The notes below the pieces were generated by a model, which was not told where the DNA came from, made no database searches, and was given only the letters and a program-made list of their open reading frames with translations. From Clostridia bacterium (GTDB lineage: Bacteria; Bacillota; DSM-521; Neomoorellales; Neomoorellaceae): a stretch of 64,000 nucleotides of DNA. How positions within the stretch are numbered: position 1 is the first letter of the stretch; each line of letters begins with the position of its first letter. The DNA lies in NCBI GenBank assembly GCA_030154265.1, contig JASKKH010000001.1, positions 14,443 to 78,442 of the forward strand, read 5' to 3'. Made by a program: the position numbers and the translations under genes. Below are positions 39,750 to 49,122 of this stretch, in pieces.

Positions 39750-39956
39750 TTAATACAACTGGAAAACAGCCTGTACAGCTCTGATAAGATCACTAATTAA
39801 CGGTATTACCCAGAGTAAAGTTATAGCCAGACCCGCTAATAATGTCATGTAAGCATATTCATCACGACCGGCCTGTTTTAAGAAGGTATAAAAAATAGAT
39901 ATTATAATTGCAAGACCCGCCAAACGAAAAATTAAGCCGACATCCGCAGTAATCAT
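39750..39956 (-). CDS. spoIIIAC: Stage III sporulation protein AC
   Basis: About 68 aa from MITADVGLIFRLAG, 2 TM helices. Assigned by operon position. Confidence 0.82.
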   Translation of the reverse strand: MITADVGLIFRLAGLAIIISIFYTFLKQAGRDEYAYMTLLAGLAITLLWVIPLISDLIRAVQAVFQLY

Positions 39957-39979
39957 CCTTTTTCCCCCTTCTCCAATTC

Positions 39980-40498
39980 CTAATAAAGAATTAACACCAA
40001 AGTAATTCCAAAAAGAAAACCTAAAGTATGCCACATCTTACCCTTTCGGCTATTAAATTCTATAGCCTCTAATTGTTGCTGCCCTAGAAGGTTCCTTGTT
40101 AATTCCAGGTTTTTTACCTGGTCGTTTATACCTGATTGACCAAGCATGGACCCTAATTCTTTTAAAATTTCTAAATCCTGCGACCATAGAGCTCCTTTAT
40201 CCCTTAACTGTTCAAGACCTTTCTCCCATGCAACCATAGCCCCGGCAGTAACATTGGCTTTTAGCTCTTTAGCGACTGTTTGGAAAAATAAAGATATAGG
40301 GCCACCAAATTGATTACCTATCTTTTCAAAGGCTTCTGATAATGGGGTTGCTGTATAAATAATTTCAGTTTCAAGCATTTTAAGTCCAGTACTCAGTTGT
40401 CTTAATTGCTCAATACGAGCTTTATAATCCTGGGCAATCATCAACCCCCATAAACCACAACTAATTATTATTAGTCCCCCTCCTAAAATTTTAAGCAT
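39980..40498 (-). CDS. spoIIIAB: Stage III sporulation protein AB
   Basis: About 172 aa from MLKILGGGLIII, GspF-like helical protein with terminal TM helices. Assigned by operon position. Confidence 0.82.
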   Translation of the reverse strand: MLKILGGGLIIISCGLWGLMIAQDYKARIEQLRQLSTGLKMLETEIIYTATPLSEAFEKIGNQFGGPISLFFQTVAKELKANVTAGAMVAWEKGLEQLRDKGALWSQDLEILKELGSMLGQSGINDQVKNLELTRNLLGQQQLEAIEFNSRKGKMWHTLGFLFGITLVLILY

Positions 40499-41550
40499 GG
40501 ATTCACATCCTCCCGCCAAGGACATTTACGTAGGACTTCTCCTTGTCCATTTAAAAGTGCTTCAATGGTTCCTGGTCCTAAGCTGCGCCCTAAAATTATG
40601 ATTCTTTGCCATAATCCTTGTTTTAGCAAAGTTTCCCAGCCTGGCCTTTTTTTCAACTCATCTAAACTGGCAGCATGAGCACTAGTTAAAATAGTAACTC
40701 CTGCATTTAATACATCTTGTAAAGCATCCAATTCTTCGAGGCGACCAATCTCATCAGTTGCAATTACTTCCGGCCCCATTGAACGAAGAAGCATAATCAT
40801 ACCAGACGCTTTTGGACATCGATCAAGTACATCTGTACGAGGACCAACATCCAGTTGGGGCATGCCCAGCCAGCACCCAGCAATTTCGGAACGCTCGTCC
40901 ACAACACCAACATTCACACCTGTAAATCCTAGCTCCGGTACACCAGAACTCAACTGACGGATAATATCGCGCAAAAGTGTTGTCTTACCGCAACGCGGGG
41001 GTGAAAGGATTAAAGTATGTAGAGGCCAGCCTCGCTTTAAAAGGTAAGGCATTAAACTTTTGGCACAGTCATAAACACTACGAGCCAGTCGTAAATTAAG
41101 ACCGGAGAAGTTTTTTAATGTATGTATCTCTCCATGGAAAGTAATTACTTCTCCTACCAAGCCTACCCGGTGACCTCCACAAATTGTTATGTAACCCGAA
41201 CGTAACTCGTCTTCTAATGCGTAAAGAGAACTCCTGGTTAAGGCCTGAATCGTCAGATTAAGGTCGTTTTCCGTTACCATATAGGCTGAATTTGGTGAAA
41301 TAGCTAAGCTGCCGTCAATTTTTACCCAACCTTCACCTGTAGCCCAACGTATTTGCAGGGGACGCCCACGCCTTAATCTGATTTCTTCTATATTAGCTTG
41401 AATACCAATAGGTAATTTTTTTAGAGAATTAGCTATATCAGGAGGTAATACTTTTAATATTTGGTCGAGAACTTTTGGTTCACTAACCTTAGAGGTCTTA
41501 GTTGCCTGTATTTTTTTGTCCGTCTCTTTGACTAGTCTAACAGTTGCCAT
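40483..41550 (-). CDS. spoIIIAA: Stage III sporulation protein AA (AAA+/secretion-type ATPase)
   Basis: 355 aa with Walker A SPPRCGKTTLLRD and Walker B VIATDEIG. First gene of the operon. G7-containing Shine-Dalgarno. Confidence 0.9.
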   Translation of the reverse strand: MATVRLVKETDKKIQATKTSKVSEPKVLDQILKVLPPDIANSLKKLPIGIQANIEEIRLRRGRPLQIRWATGEGWVKIDGSLAISPNSAYMVTENDLNLTIQALTRSSLYALEDELRSGYITICGGHRVGLVGEVITFHGEIHTLKNFSGLNLRLARSVYDCAKSLMPYLLKRGWPLHTLILSPPRCGKTTLLRDIIRQLSSGVPELGFTGVNVGVVDERSEIAGCWLGMPQLDVGPRTDVLDRCPKASGMIMLLRSMGPEVIATDEIGRLEELDALQDVLNAGVTILTSAHAASLDELKKRPGWETLLKQGLWQRIIILGRSLGPGTIEALLNGQGEVLRKCPWREDVNPCLKF

Positions 41551-41610
41551 AGCCTCCCCCCCTTTTACTATGCATATTACGTTATTACCAAATTTATGCA
41601 GGAAATACAG

Positions 41611-41650
41611 TAAAAAATAAAAAAATAAGGCCCAATGTTTTGGACCTTAT
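41611..41650 (-). terminator. Intrinsic terminator
   Basis: Minus strand reads ataaggtcca-aaacat-tgggccttat followed by tttttttatttttt. Lies downstream of the acidic zinc-ribbon gene. Confidence 0.75.
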
Positions 41651-41692
41651 TTATCACTTAATTTAAGTATTCTTTTAAACTAGGAATTACCC

Positions 41693-42181
41693 TTAAATAT
41701 CGTCTGTATCTTCTTCGTTAGAATTGTTATTTGCAGCAGTTTTTACTTCCTGTCCATCATTAACGAAGACTACACTTTCACAGTTAGGACAAGTAACTTC
41801 AATTACATCGTCATCATCTAAAACATCAGACTCAAAACAAACTATCTCACGACATTCTGGACATTCCACTTCAACAAAGGTACCTTCATCCTCATTATCT
41901 TCATCGTCATAATCTTCATCGTCATAATCTTCATCATAGCAGTCACAATCGTAATCGTCATCATATATTTCATCTTCTAAGTTATAGAGATCCTCATCGA
42001 TGCTTTCAAGATATTCCTCTAGTTCCTGATGCTCTTCATGTAAGTCATTAATAGCCCCTACTACTTCTTCCATTACATTAATTGTTTCTTTAAGCAACCT
42101 GATTTCTTTGCTTTCAGGGTCTAAATCCATTCCAGCCATTAAACCTTGAAGATATGCTACTTTCTCTCTTAAATCTTTCAT
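41693..42181 (-). CDS. Acidic zinc-ribbon protein of unknown function (CD1247-N-domain-like, by position between efp and spoIIIAA)
   Basis: 162 aa with a helical N-terminus, a very acidic D/E/Y tract, and CPEC...CPNC zinc-ribbon cysteines. Confidence 0.6.
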   Translation of the reverse strand: MKDLREKVAYLQGLMAGMDLDPESKEIRLLKETINVMEEVVGAINDLHEEHQELEEYLESIDEDLYNLEDEIYDDDYDCDCYDEDYDDEDYDDEDNEDEGTFVEVECPECREIVCFESDVLDDDDVIEVTCPNCESVVFVNDGQEVKTAANNNSNEEDTDDI

Positions 42182-42241
42182 CTAATAACACTCCTTTCCA
42201 CTGCACTTTTTTTAATATTCCCAGTACCAGCTAACCTTAAA

Positions 42242-42799
42242 CTAGGCACGTTCTATATAATCCCCTGTACGAGTATCTATCCTTACTACATCTCCAACTT
42301 CAATGAATAAAGGCACCTGTATTGAAGCACCAGTTTCCAAAACAGCATTTTTAGTTGCACCAGTGGCAGTATCACCCTTAACACCTGGTTCTGTTTCAAC
42401 CACTTTAAGTTCTACAGAATTTGGTAATTCTATACCAATTGTCTCTCCTTGGTAAAAAAGGACATTTATATTCATATTGTCTTTTAAGTATTTAATAGCA
42501 TCATCTAATTGATCTTTTGATAAGGACATTTGGTCAAAAGTTTCTGTATCCATGAAGTAGTAATTGTCTCCATCGTTATAAAGATATTGCATTTCACGTT
42601 TTTCAATGTGGGCACGGTTTACTTTTTCCCCAGCACGAAAGGTTCGTTCAATAACAGCTCCAGTACGTCGATTTTTTAGTTTTGTGCGGACAAAAGCAGC
42701 TCCTTTTCCCGGTTTGACATGCATAAACTCTACAACTGAATAAATTTCTCCGTCAACTTCAATGGTTAGCCCTGTCCTGAAATCATTAGTTGATATCAA
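42242..42799 (-). CDS. efp: Elongation factor P
   Basis: 185 aa with the classical [17 protein letters not shown]...[16 protein letters not shown] signature. Confidence 0.96.
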   Translation of the reverse strand: MISTNDFRTGLTIEVDGEIYSVVEFMHVKPGKGAAFVRTKLKNRRTGAVIERTFRAGEKVNRAHIEKREMQYLYNDGDNYYFMDTETFDQMSLSKDQLDDAIKYLKDNMNINVLFYQGETIGIELPNSVELKVVETEPGVKGDTATGATKNAVLETGASIQVPLFIEVGDVVRIDTRTGDYIERA

Positions 42800-42811
42800 A
42801 AAAACTACCTC

Positions 42812-43906
42812 CTACAACTCAATAAATTCTTTATCAGCTTTTGATAGAACCTGAACCTTGTCTTCCTGAACCATTACTACGTCTTCAATACGAATACCAC
42901 CTTGTCCAGGCAGGTAAATTCCAGGCTCTACTGTTACTATCATACCAGAAGAAAGCTTTATATCACTCTTACCAGATAGAGTAGGGCCCTCATGAACAGC
43001 CAGTCCAACACCATGGCCTAAGCTGTGAGTAAAATATTCGCCATACCCTGCATTGGTAATGTAATCACGAGCTACGGAATCAATATACTTTCCTTCTAAG
43101 TCAGACCTTATAGCATCAATAGCCTTTAACTGAGAAGTTAAAACAATATTATATATTTCCCTCCATTCCTTTGCTACCGGTCCTAAAGCCACCGTTCGTG
43201 TAAGATCAGAATGATAGCCGTTATAAATTGCACCAAAATCCATAACCACTAAATCGCCCGGTTGCAATACCCTTTCTGAAGCAACTCCATGGGGTAAAGC
43301 CGAACGCGGGCCGCTAGCAATAATAGTAGCAAAGGATGGTCCGCTAGAACCAAGTTTACCAAGGAAATATTCTAACTCTAAAGCTATATCTCTTTCACTA
43401 ACACCTGGACGCAAAAATTTAAGGATATGCTTAAAACCTGCATCACCAATATCGATAGCCTTTTGTAAAAGTTTAATTTCATTTTCATCTTTTACTAAAC
43501 GTAAGTTCTCTACGATTCCCTTTGAAGGGACTAAACTAACAGGTGTTTGCCATGATTTGGCTTTTTCCGATAAAATCTGATAGGTGGCATATGTAACATG
43601 TTGAGCTTCAAAGTGAAGTTTTTTTACACCTGAACTAGCTACAGTTTTCCCCAACTGCTCCCAAGGATTTTTACCCAAATCAATTACTTTGAAATCGGGA
43701 GCTTCGGTTTGGGCCTGTTCAATAAAACGACCATCAGTTAATAAATATTGATTATCATGGGTAATTAATAATTGTCCACTATCACCAGTAAAATTACTCA
43801 AATAACGACAGTTCTCTAGTTGGCAAATCCAAATAGCCTCAATATCTTCTTTAAGCATACTCTGGCGTAGACGTATCAATCTATTAGACAGAGATTTATT
43901 GATCAT
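42812..43906 (-). CDS. Xaa-Pro aminopeptidase/dipeptidase (M24B)
   Basis: 364 aa with creatinase-like N-domain and pita-bread metal ligands (DFGAIYNGYHSD, HSLGHGVGLAVHE, EPGIY...RIED). aroQ-pepP-efp synteny as in Bacillus. Confidence 0.85.
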   Translation of the reverse strand: MINKSLSNRLIRLRQSMLKEDIEAIWICQLENCRYLSNFTGDSGQLLITHDNQYLLTDGRFIEQAQTEAPDFKVIDLGKNPWEQLGKTVASSGVKKLHFEAQHVTYATYQILSEKAKSWQTPVSLVPSKGIVENLRLVKDENEIKLLQKAIDIGDAGFKHILKFLRPGVSERDIALELEYFLGKLGSSGPSFATIIASGPRSALPHGVASERVLQPGDLVVMDFGAIYNGYHSDLTRTVALGPVAKEWREIYNIVLTSQLKAIDAIRSDLEGKYIDSVARDYITNAGYGEYFTHSLGHGVGLAVHEGPTLSGKSDIKLSSGMIVTVEPGIYLPGQGGIRIEDVVMVQEDKVQVLSKADKEFIEL

Positions 43907-43927
43907 TTAAATTAACTCCCATTAAAA

Positions 43928-44380
43928 TTAACTCTCATCAGATTGTCGTTGCCGAGCCAAATCTACGGCCGCCATTAGACCTAGGGTGTAACTAAAGGGG
44001 CCAAATCCAGAAATTTGACCATTTACAACAGCAGACGTAACCGTATGATGTCGAAATGGCTCACGACTGTAAATATTAGACAAATGAATTTCAACAACTG
44101 GATAATCTACCGCGGCTATGGCATCCCTTAAGGCTATACTATAATGGCTATAAGCACCAGGATTAATAATTACAGCATCCACTTTACCTATAGCTGTATG
44201 TAAACAATCAATTAAAGCTCCTTCATGGTTAGACTGAAAAAAGTCTATTTCAACACCTAAATGTTCAGCCTGTTCCCGCAAATTATCCTCAATGTCTCTG
44301 AGAGTATTCTTGCCATAGGTTTGGGGTTCACGTCTACCCAAGAGGTTTAAATTAGGTCCATTAATTACTAAAATCTTCAT
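43928..44380 (-). CDS. aroQ: Type II 3-dehydroquinate dehydratase
   Basis: 150 aa with ILVINGPNLNLLGRREP..YG and HLSNIY..E.FRH motifs. Confidence 0.93.
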   Translation of the reverse strand: MKILVINGPNLNLLGRREPQTYGKNTLRDIEDNLREQAEHLGVEIDFFQSNHEGALIDCLHTAIGKVDAVIINPGAYSHYSIALRDAIAAVDYPVVEIHLSNIYSREPFRHHTVTSAVVNGQISGFGPFSYTLGLMAAVDLARQRQSDES

Positions 44381-44485
44381 GTTTGGTATTTTACCATATT
44401 ATTTATTTATTTGGTATATAATCCATTAAATATTTTTCAGGGGAATAGTATGAAATACCATCCCCCTGAAATTAAATTTATTAGT

Positions 44486-45838
44486 TTAACCGCTAATAGT
44501 CATACTGGCAATACGCACCGTTGGAGCACCAACTGTCCCATAAAAGGTCAAATCACTGCCAACAGCGTCAACAGACTCTAGCAGTTCAATAATGTTACCT
44601 GCAATGGCAACCCCACGCACAGGAATAGTCATCTCACCATTTTCAATCCAAATACCGCTGGCTCCCACTGAAAAATCACCAGAAATAGGATTGGCTGTAT
44701 GCATTCCCATGACTTCTGTAACATAGAGCCCTTTCTTAATATCTTTAATAATTTCATCTGAACTCATAGAACCGGCTTCGATATAAAAATTAGTAGTGCC
44801 TACCTCGGGTGTAGTCTTAAAGGAACCGCGAGAACTATTACCAGTAGAAGTTACTCCATCACGAGCAGCAGTATATGTATTATGTAAGTAACATTTAAGA
44901 ATACCATTTTCAACCAAAACAGTTCTTGAAGTAGGTACTCCCTCTCCGTCAAAGGGACTGGATGCAATTCCACCTTTAAGTTGCCCATCGTCAACAATAT
45001 TAATGACCGGTGCTGCTACCTTTTGATTAACCCGGCCACGGAAAAGGGATTTCCCTTTTTGAACTGAATCTGCAGCAAGTGATGAAGCAATGACCCTTAA
45101 AAAGTTAGTAGCAACATAAGGATCAAATACAACCGCTGCTCTCTGAGTATCAACACTTTTTGCTCCTAACATACGAACTGCCTTAGCAGCTCCCTCTTTT
45201 CCTATCTTTGCAGGATCAATGTCTTTAAACCTTAGACTATAAGTCATCCCAAAACCAGTCTGACTTTCTTCATTTTCAACTGCAACCACAAAGGTACTGG
45301 CACCACAAAAAGCCCCATGATATGAAGTAACAATTCCCTGTGAATTAGCTAAGGCAATTAAATAACGTGAATCATTATAAGAACAACTCTCAGTTATTTT
45401 CACCCTGGGGTCATGGGCCCGGGCCTGACGTTCAATCTCCCGAGTTAATTCAATTTTCTTTTCAATCGGGGTATTGATAATGTCAGGATCAAAAAGATCT
45501 AATTGGGGATAACCAGGATATTTACTTGGTAAACAATTGTGTTCGTCAGGAGTAGTTAAACGGGCATTAGCTATTGCCTGCTCGATGCAGTTATCTATAG
45601 CCTCTGAACTAAAATCTGTCGTATAGGCAAAGCCAAGTTTATTACCACTAATTACTCTTAAGCCCAAACCTTTATCTTTAGCTGTTGTTAAAGCCTCTAC
45701 TTCCTGGTTACGTACCTCTATGCTTAGCTCTTCGCCAGCATTTATATATGCCTCAGCCAATACTCCCTTTTTAGCTGCCTTTTCAACTACCTGTCCAGCA
45801 AGGCCACAATATTTTTCTTCTAAAGCCTGATAATCCAT
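44486..45838 (-). CDS. pmbA: PmbA/TldE metalloprotease partner
   Basis: 450 aa TldD/PmbA-family protein lacking the HExxxH motif. Abuts tldD. Confidence 0.8.
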   Translation of the reverse strand: MDYQALEEKYCGLAGQVVEKAAKKGVLAEAYINAGEELSIEVRNQEVEALTTAKDKGLGLRVISGNKLGFAYTTDFSSEAIDNCIEQAIANARLTTPDEHNCLPSKYPGYPQLDLFDPDIINTPIEKKIELTREIERQARAHDPRVKITESCSYNDSRYLIALANSQGIVTSYHGAFCGASTFVVAVENEESQTGFGMTYSLRFKDIDPAKIGKEGAAKAVRMLGAKSVDTQRAAVVFDPYVATNFLRVIASSLAADSVQKGKSLFRGRVNQKVAAPVINIVDDGQLKGGIASSPFDGEGVPTSRTVLVENGILKCYLHNTYTAARDGVTSTGNSSRGSFKTTPEVGTTNFYIEAGSMSSDEIIKDIKKGLYVTEVMGMHTANPISGDFSVGASGIWIENGEMTIPVRGVAIAGNIIELLESVDAVGSDLTFYGTVGAPTVRIASMTISG

Positions 45839-47241
45839 TATTCTTTGGCCTCCTCATCCAAAATACCACCAACAACCATTTCTGGAATGCGAATTGTTGG
45901 CTGAGCGTCACCAACTGGTACTCCCTGACCATCTTTACCACAGGTTCCAATAGCAAAACCCAGGTCACCAGCTACTCGGTCAATTTTCTTTAAAACTTCG
46001 GGCCCATTACCAGTAAGGGTCGCTCCACGAACAGCTGGACCGATACGTCCGTCTTCGATAAGATATCCTTCTGCAACATCGAAAACAAAATCTCCGTTGG
46101 TAGTGTTAACCTGCCCACCACCCATTCTTTTTACCAATAATCCTCTTTTAGTTTCCTTTAATATAGCTTCAGCATTATCTTTACCGGGAGCAATATAAGT
46201 ATTTGTCATCCTTGGAATAGGACGGTCCTGGTAAGATTCTCGACGTCCATTACCTGTAGAACGACGCCCTTCCTTACGTGCCGTAAGGTAATCGTACATA
46301 TACTCTTTTAAGATACCGTTTTCAATGAGTACGGTTTTTTGTCCAGGTGTTCCCTCGTCATCAAAGCGATATGAGCCATATTTACCTTCAATGGTAGCAT
46401 CATCAATAACAGTTACAAGTTCAGATGCTACTTTTTGTCCTTTTTTATTTGCATAGACAGATAGTTGTTTCTGTACTAAATCGGCCTCTAATCCATGACC
46501 ACAAGCCTCATGGATCATTGTACCGCCGGCTTCTGCAGACATCACTACAGGCATTTTCCCAGCAGGAGCAGGTTTAGCTTCAAGCATCATAACCGCCCTA
46601 CGAGCAGCTAGTCTAGCCTTTTCTTCCGGGTTTACACTTTCAAAAAGCTCCCAACCCTGTTGGCCACCACTAGACTCATAACCAGTCTGGATATGCCTGC
46701 CGTCAGAAGCCACAGCATTTACTACAAAACGACAGCGTACCCGTTCATCATCCACCAAAGTACCTTCACTATTAGCAATAGTAACTTCTTGGATAATATC
46801 ACTGTAACCTACAGTTACCTGAACAATTCGCTCATCCACCGCTCGGGCAGCATCATTGGCCTTCTTGACAAGATTCACTTTGTCCTCTATGGGCACCTCA
46901 TCAGGCCGTTTCTTTATGGTAAAATCCACGTTAGCCTTAGGCCGGGTAAAGTTAATTTCTTTAGCTCCGTTTTTGTTGGGGATGGCTTTACCGACCAGAG
47001 AAGCGAGTTCGATAAGACTATCAAGACTTAAATCGTTGCTATAGCCATAAGCCGTATTTTCACCACCAATTACCCTGATGCCAGCTCCCTCGTCTAAGCC
47101 AGAATTAACCCGCTCAATTTTATTATCTTCACAGCTAATACCATTAGTCCGACGTCTTTCTATATAGATTTCAGCAAAATCACCACCCTGTTCTAAGGCA
47201 GCTTTTAGGATAGCCTTTAAATCTGATTCTGATAAAAGCAT
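45838..47241 (-). CDS. tldD: TldD metalloprotease
   Basis: 467 aa TldD/PmbA family protein with metal site HEACGHGLE. Confidence 0.85.
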   Translation of the reverse strand: MLLSESDLKAILKAALEQGGDFAEIYIERRRTNGISCEDNKIERVNSGLDEGAGIRVIGGENTAYGYSNDLSLDSLIELASLVGKAIPNKNGAKEINFTRPKANVDFTIKKRPDEVPIEDKVNLVKKANDAARAVDERIVQVTVGYSDIIQEVTIANSEGTLVDDERVRCRFVVNAVASDGRHIQTGYESSGGQQGWELFESVNPEEKARLAARRAVMMLEAKPAPAGKMPVVMSAEAGGTMIHEACGHGLEADLVQKQLSVYANKKGQKVASELVTVIDDATIEGKYGSYRFDDEGTPGQKTVLIENGILKEYMYDYLTARKEGRRSTGNGRRESYQDRPIPRMTNTYIAPGKDNAEAILKETKRGLLVKRMGGGQVNTTNGDFVFDVAEGYLIEDGRIGPAVRGATLTGNGPEVLKKIDRVAGDLGFAIGTCGKDGQGVPVGDAQPTIRIPEMVVGGILDEEAKE

Positions 47242-47308
47242 CTACCCACCCCTTCTGTTAACTTTTTCCTAGTATAATTCAAGGGTGCTTAAAATATTCC
47301 TTCTAAAT

Positions 47309-48562
47309 TTACTTAAAATATACGCGCCCAAGGTCAACTATCAGGTTATTATAATCTCCAAAACCGCCTTCCCGCCATTCAACGTAAAAAGATAACTTCC
47401 GCCCAAAAAATACCGGTAACTCCAGATAACCAGGGTAGTCACCTGGTTTCAATATCCTCTGGTAAAGTTGCTTTCCATCAACCTTTACAGTTAAACAAGC
47501 AGCACCACTGGTATTACAGGTACTATCGTCTATCCCGACATAACCTGTCAGTCTGTCATATTTACGCTCTAAATCAACTGTTACTTCCGCCTTAGGGTCG
47601 TCTTTATTTAATTTAACGCTAATAGCATGGCTAAACTTTCTCCCAGCAATGGCTGCCGGTTTTCCTAATCTGAAAAAGGGGCCAACATTACGTAAAACCC
47701 GCAATTGCTGAAGCCAGACAATATCTTCTTCCCCAGTTACAGGTTTAAAATCCGAATCCTCTACCAGCTCTCCATTTTGTAGTAACGGAAAGGTGTAAAG
47801 TACTTTATTAGTTGTAACAGATAATTTTTGTCTATATTCAGAGTTCTCACTTGAATTATGGTCTTGATTCTGATTATTATTACTTGATTGATTTGCTAGA
47901 ACATTCTTATCATCAGTTTTTTCTTCTTCGTTTTTGTTATTGCTTACATTTACGGGAGGAACAAAACTGTTATATCTCCCTTTAGGATAGATAGCTAAAG
48001 GTCTGGCTTCTATTTTTGATTCTCCTGACTCATATAAGTCAACTAAAAACTTTGCTTCAACAGAAGAATTTTCTTTTAGGGAAACAATTTCTAAATCATG
48101 AATAGTCGTTAAAGCTGGTAATGATTCTAGCTGGGCTAAATAATTAACCAATGAAGGATAAGGCCCTTTAACAGTAACCCGATAAGGGTAAATCCTAAAA
48201 GATCCTTTTTTATCTATCATCTGAGGTTCAAATCCTAAAATCTCAACAGCTTCATCCGCTGGCTGCGCTGCTTGGATAAAAGCTGTTGTCCCTGTTAATG
48301 TTAAATCCAGGTGTTTTTTTACAGCATCCCAATCTGATTCTAACTGCTCCATCTTTTTATTTAATTCGGAAGCCTGAGATACTTCCCGTTTAACTTTGGC
48401 CAAACGTGCATTGGCAACTTGCAAATCATCTTTTAGCTGGCAGTAATGGGGCCACTGTTTAACCCAAAAAACCTGATAAAAAAGAACAAAACCTAATACG
48501 GCTACCAACAAACAAATCAGAATTTTTTCTCGCTGACTAAATTTGTAATTAATTAATTTCAT
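47309..48562 (-). CDS. pilO: PilO-like type IV pilus alignment protein fused to a C-terminal NPCBM-like beta-sandwich domain
   Basis: 417 aa with N-terminal TM, coiled coil and PilO/GspM-like core, an N/Q/S-rich linker, and a C-terminal 120 aa (GYVGIDDS...LTVKVDGKQLY...LSFYVEW...FGDYNNLIVDLGRVYF). Follows pilM-pilN. Confidence 0.65.
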   Translation of the reverse strand: MKLINYKFSQREKILICLLVAVLGFVLFYQVFWVKQWPHYCQLKDDLQVANARLAKVKREVSQASELNKKMEQLESDWDAVKKHLDLTLTGTTAFIQAAQPADEAVEILGFEPQMIDKKGSFRIYPYRVTVKGPYPSLVNYLAQLESLPALTTIHDLEIVSLKENSSVEAKFLVDLYESGESKIEARPLAIYPKGRYNSFVPPVNVSNNKNEEEKTDDKNVLANQSSNNNQNQDHNSSENSEYRQKLSVTTNKVLYTFPLLQNGELVEDSDFKPVTGEEDIVWLQQLRVLRNVGPFFRLGKPAAIAGRKFSHAISVKLNKDDPKAEVTVDLERKYDRLTGYVGIDDSTCNTSGAACLTVKVDGKQLYQRILKPGDYPGYLELPVFFGRKLSFYVEWREGGFGDYNNLIVDLGRVYFK

Positions 48563-48591
48563 GTTTTCTTTCCTGCCTTAGATTCCTCTAC

Positions 48592-49122
48592 CTAATTATT
48601 TTCGAAAACAGCCTCAATACTGAAAGTAAGGTTTTTGCCATTATGGCCCACTTTTTTAAGTGTTACAGTTTGCCAGTCACCGGTAGTTTGAAGGTTATTG
48701 ATAAAATCCCCCACTTCCTCGAGGGAAGTACTACCACCAATAAGGGTTAATAGCCCTTTAGATTTATCCTCTCTTAAGGTAGTTAACCATACACCTTCAG
48801 GTATATTTTGATTTATGGTAGTTAATATAACATGCCAGCTCCGACCTTCTTTTAAAATTTGTTGAAGCTCATTTTTCTTCTGTTGTAAACCCTTAATTTT
48901 AGCTTTTGTATCCTGAACCTTCTGGGCTTGAGGTAGATATAAGGCAATTTCATCCTTAACCCTGTTGACCTTCCTGGAAGTTAGCCACATATGACCGCAA
49001 AATATCAGATATAAAAGTAAAACTATTCCTATCAAAACAATAATTAACATATTTCTTCCGGACTTGACCCAGGGTGTTTTGGGAATAAATTCTGGAGGCA
49101 ATAAATTTATTTCTGTCTTCAT
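48592..49122 (-). CDS. pilN: Type IV pilus assembly protein PilN
   Basis: 176 aa with an EINLLPPEF N-terminal motif, one TM helix and a coiled coil. Confidence 0.82.
   Translation of the reverse strand: MKTEINLLPPEFIPKTPWVKSGRNMLIIVLIGIVLLLYLIFCGHMWLTSRKVNRVKDEIALYLPQAQKVQDTKAKIKGLQQKKNELQQILKEGRSWHVILTTINQNIPEGVWLTTLREDKSKGLLTLIGGSTSLEEVGDFINNLQTTGDWQTVTLKKVGHNGKNLTFSIEAVFENN

Noticed and set aside
41551-41610. Possible sigma-E promoter (GCATAAA ... CATAGTA) upstream of spoIIIAA
   Set aside because: The two elements resemble the sigma-E -35 and -10 consensus, but the spacing I count (about 20 nt) is longer than expected. I cannot support the call without a transcription start site.
44435-44471. 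Hairpin tttcagggg / cccctgaaa after pmbA, considered as its terminator
   Set aside because: The stem is good (9 bp), but on the minus strand it is followed by AAUAUUUAA and not by a U-tract, and the loop is long (about 19 nt). This is not enough to call an intrinsic terminator. It may still be a processing or stability element.
45783-45968. 61-aa ORF overlapping the tldD/pmbA junction, and similar short ORFs antisense to recN, dxs, folD and spoIIIAE
   Set aside because: They all overlap well-supported genes, lack Shine-Dalgarno sequences and have biased composition. I treated them as frame noise.
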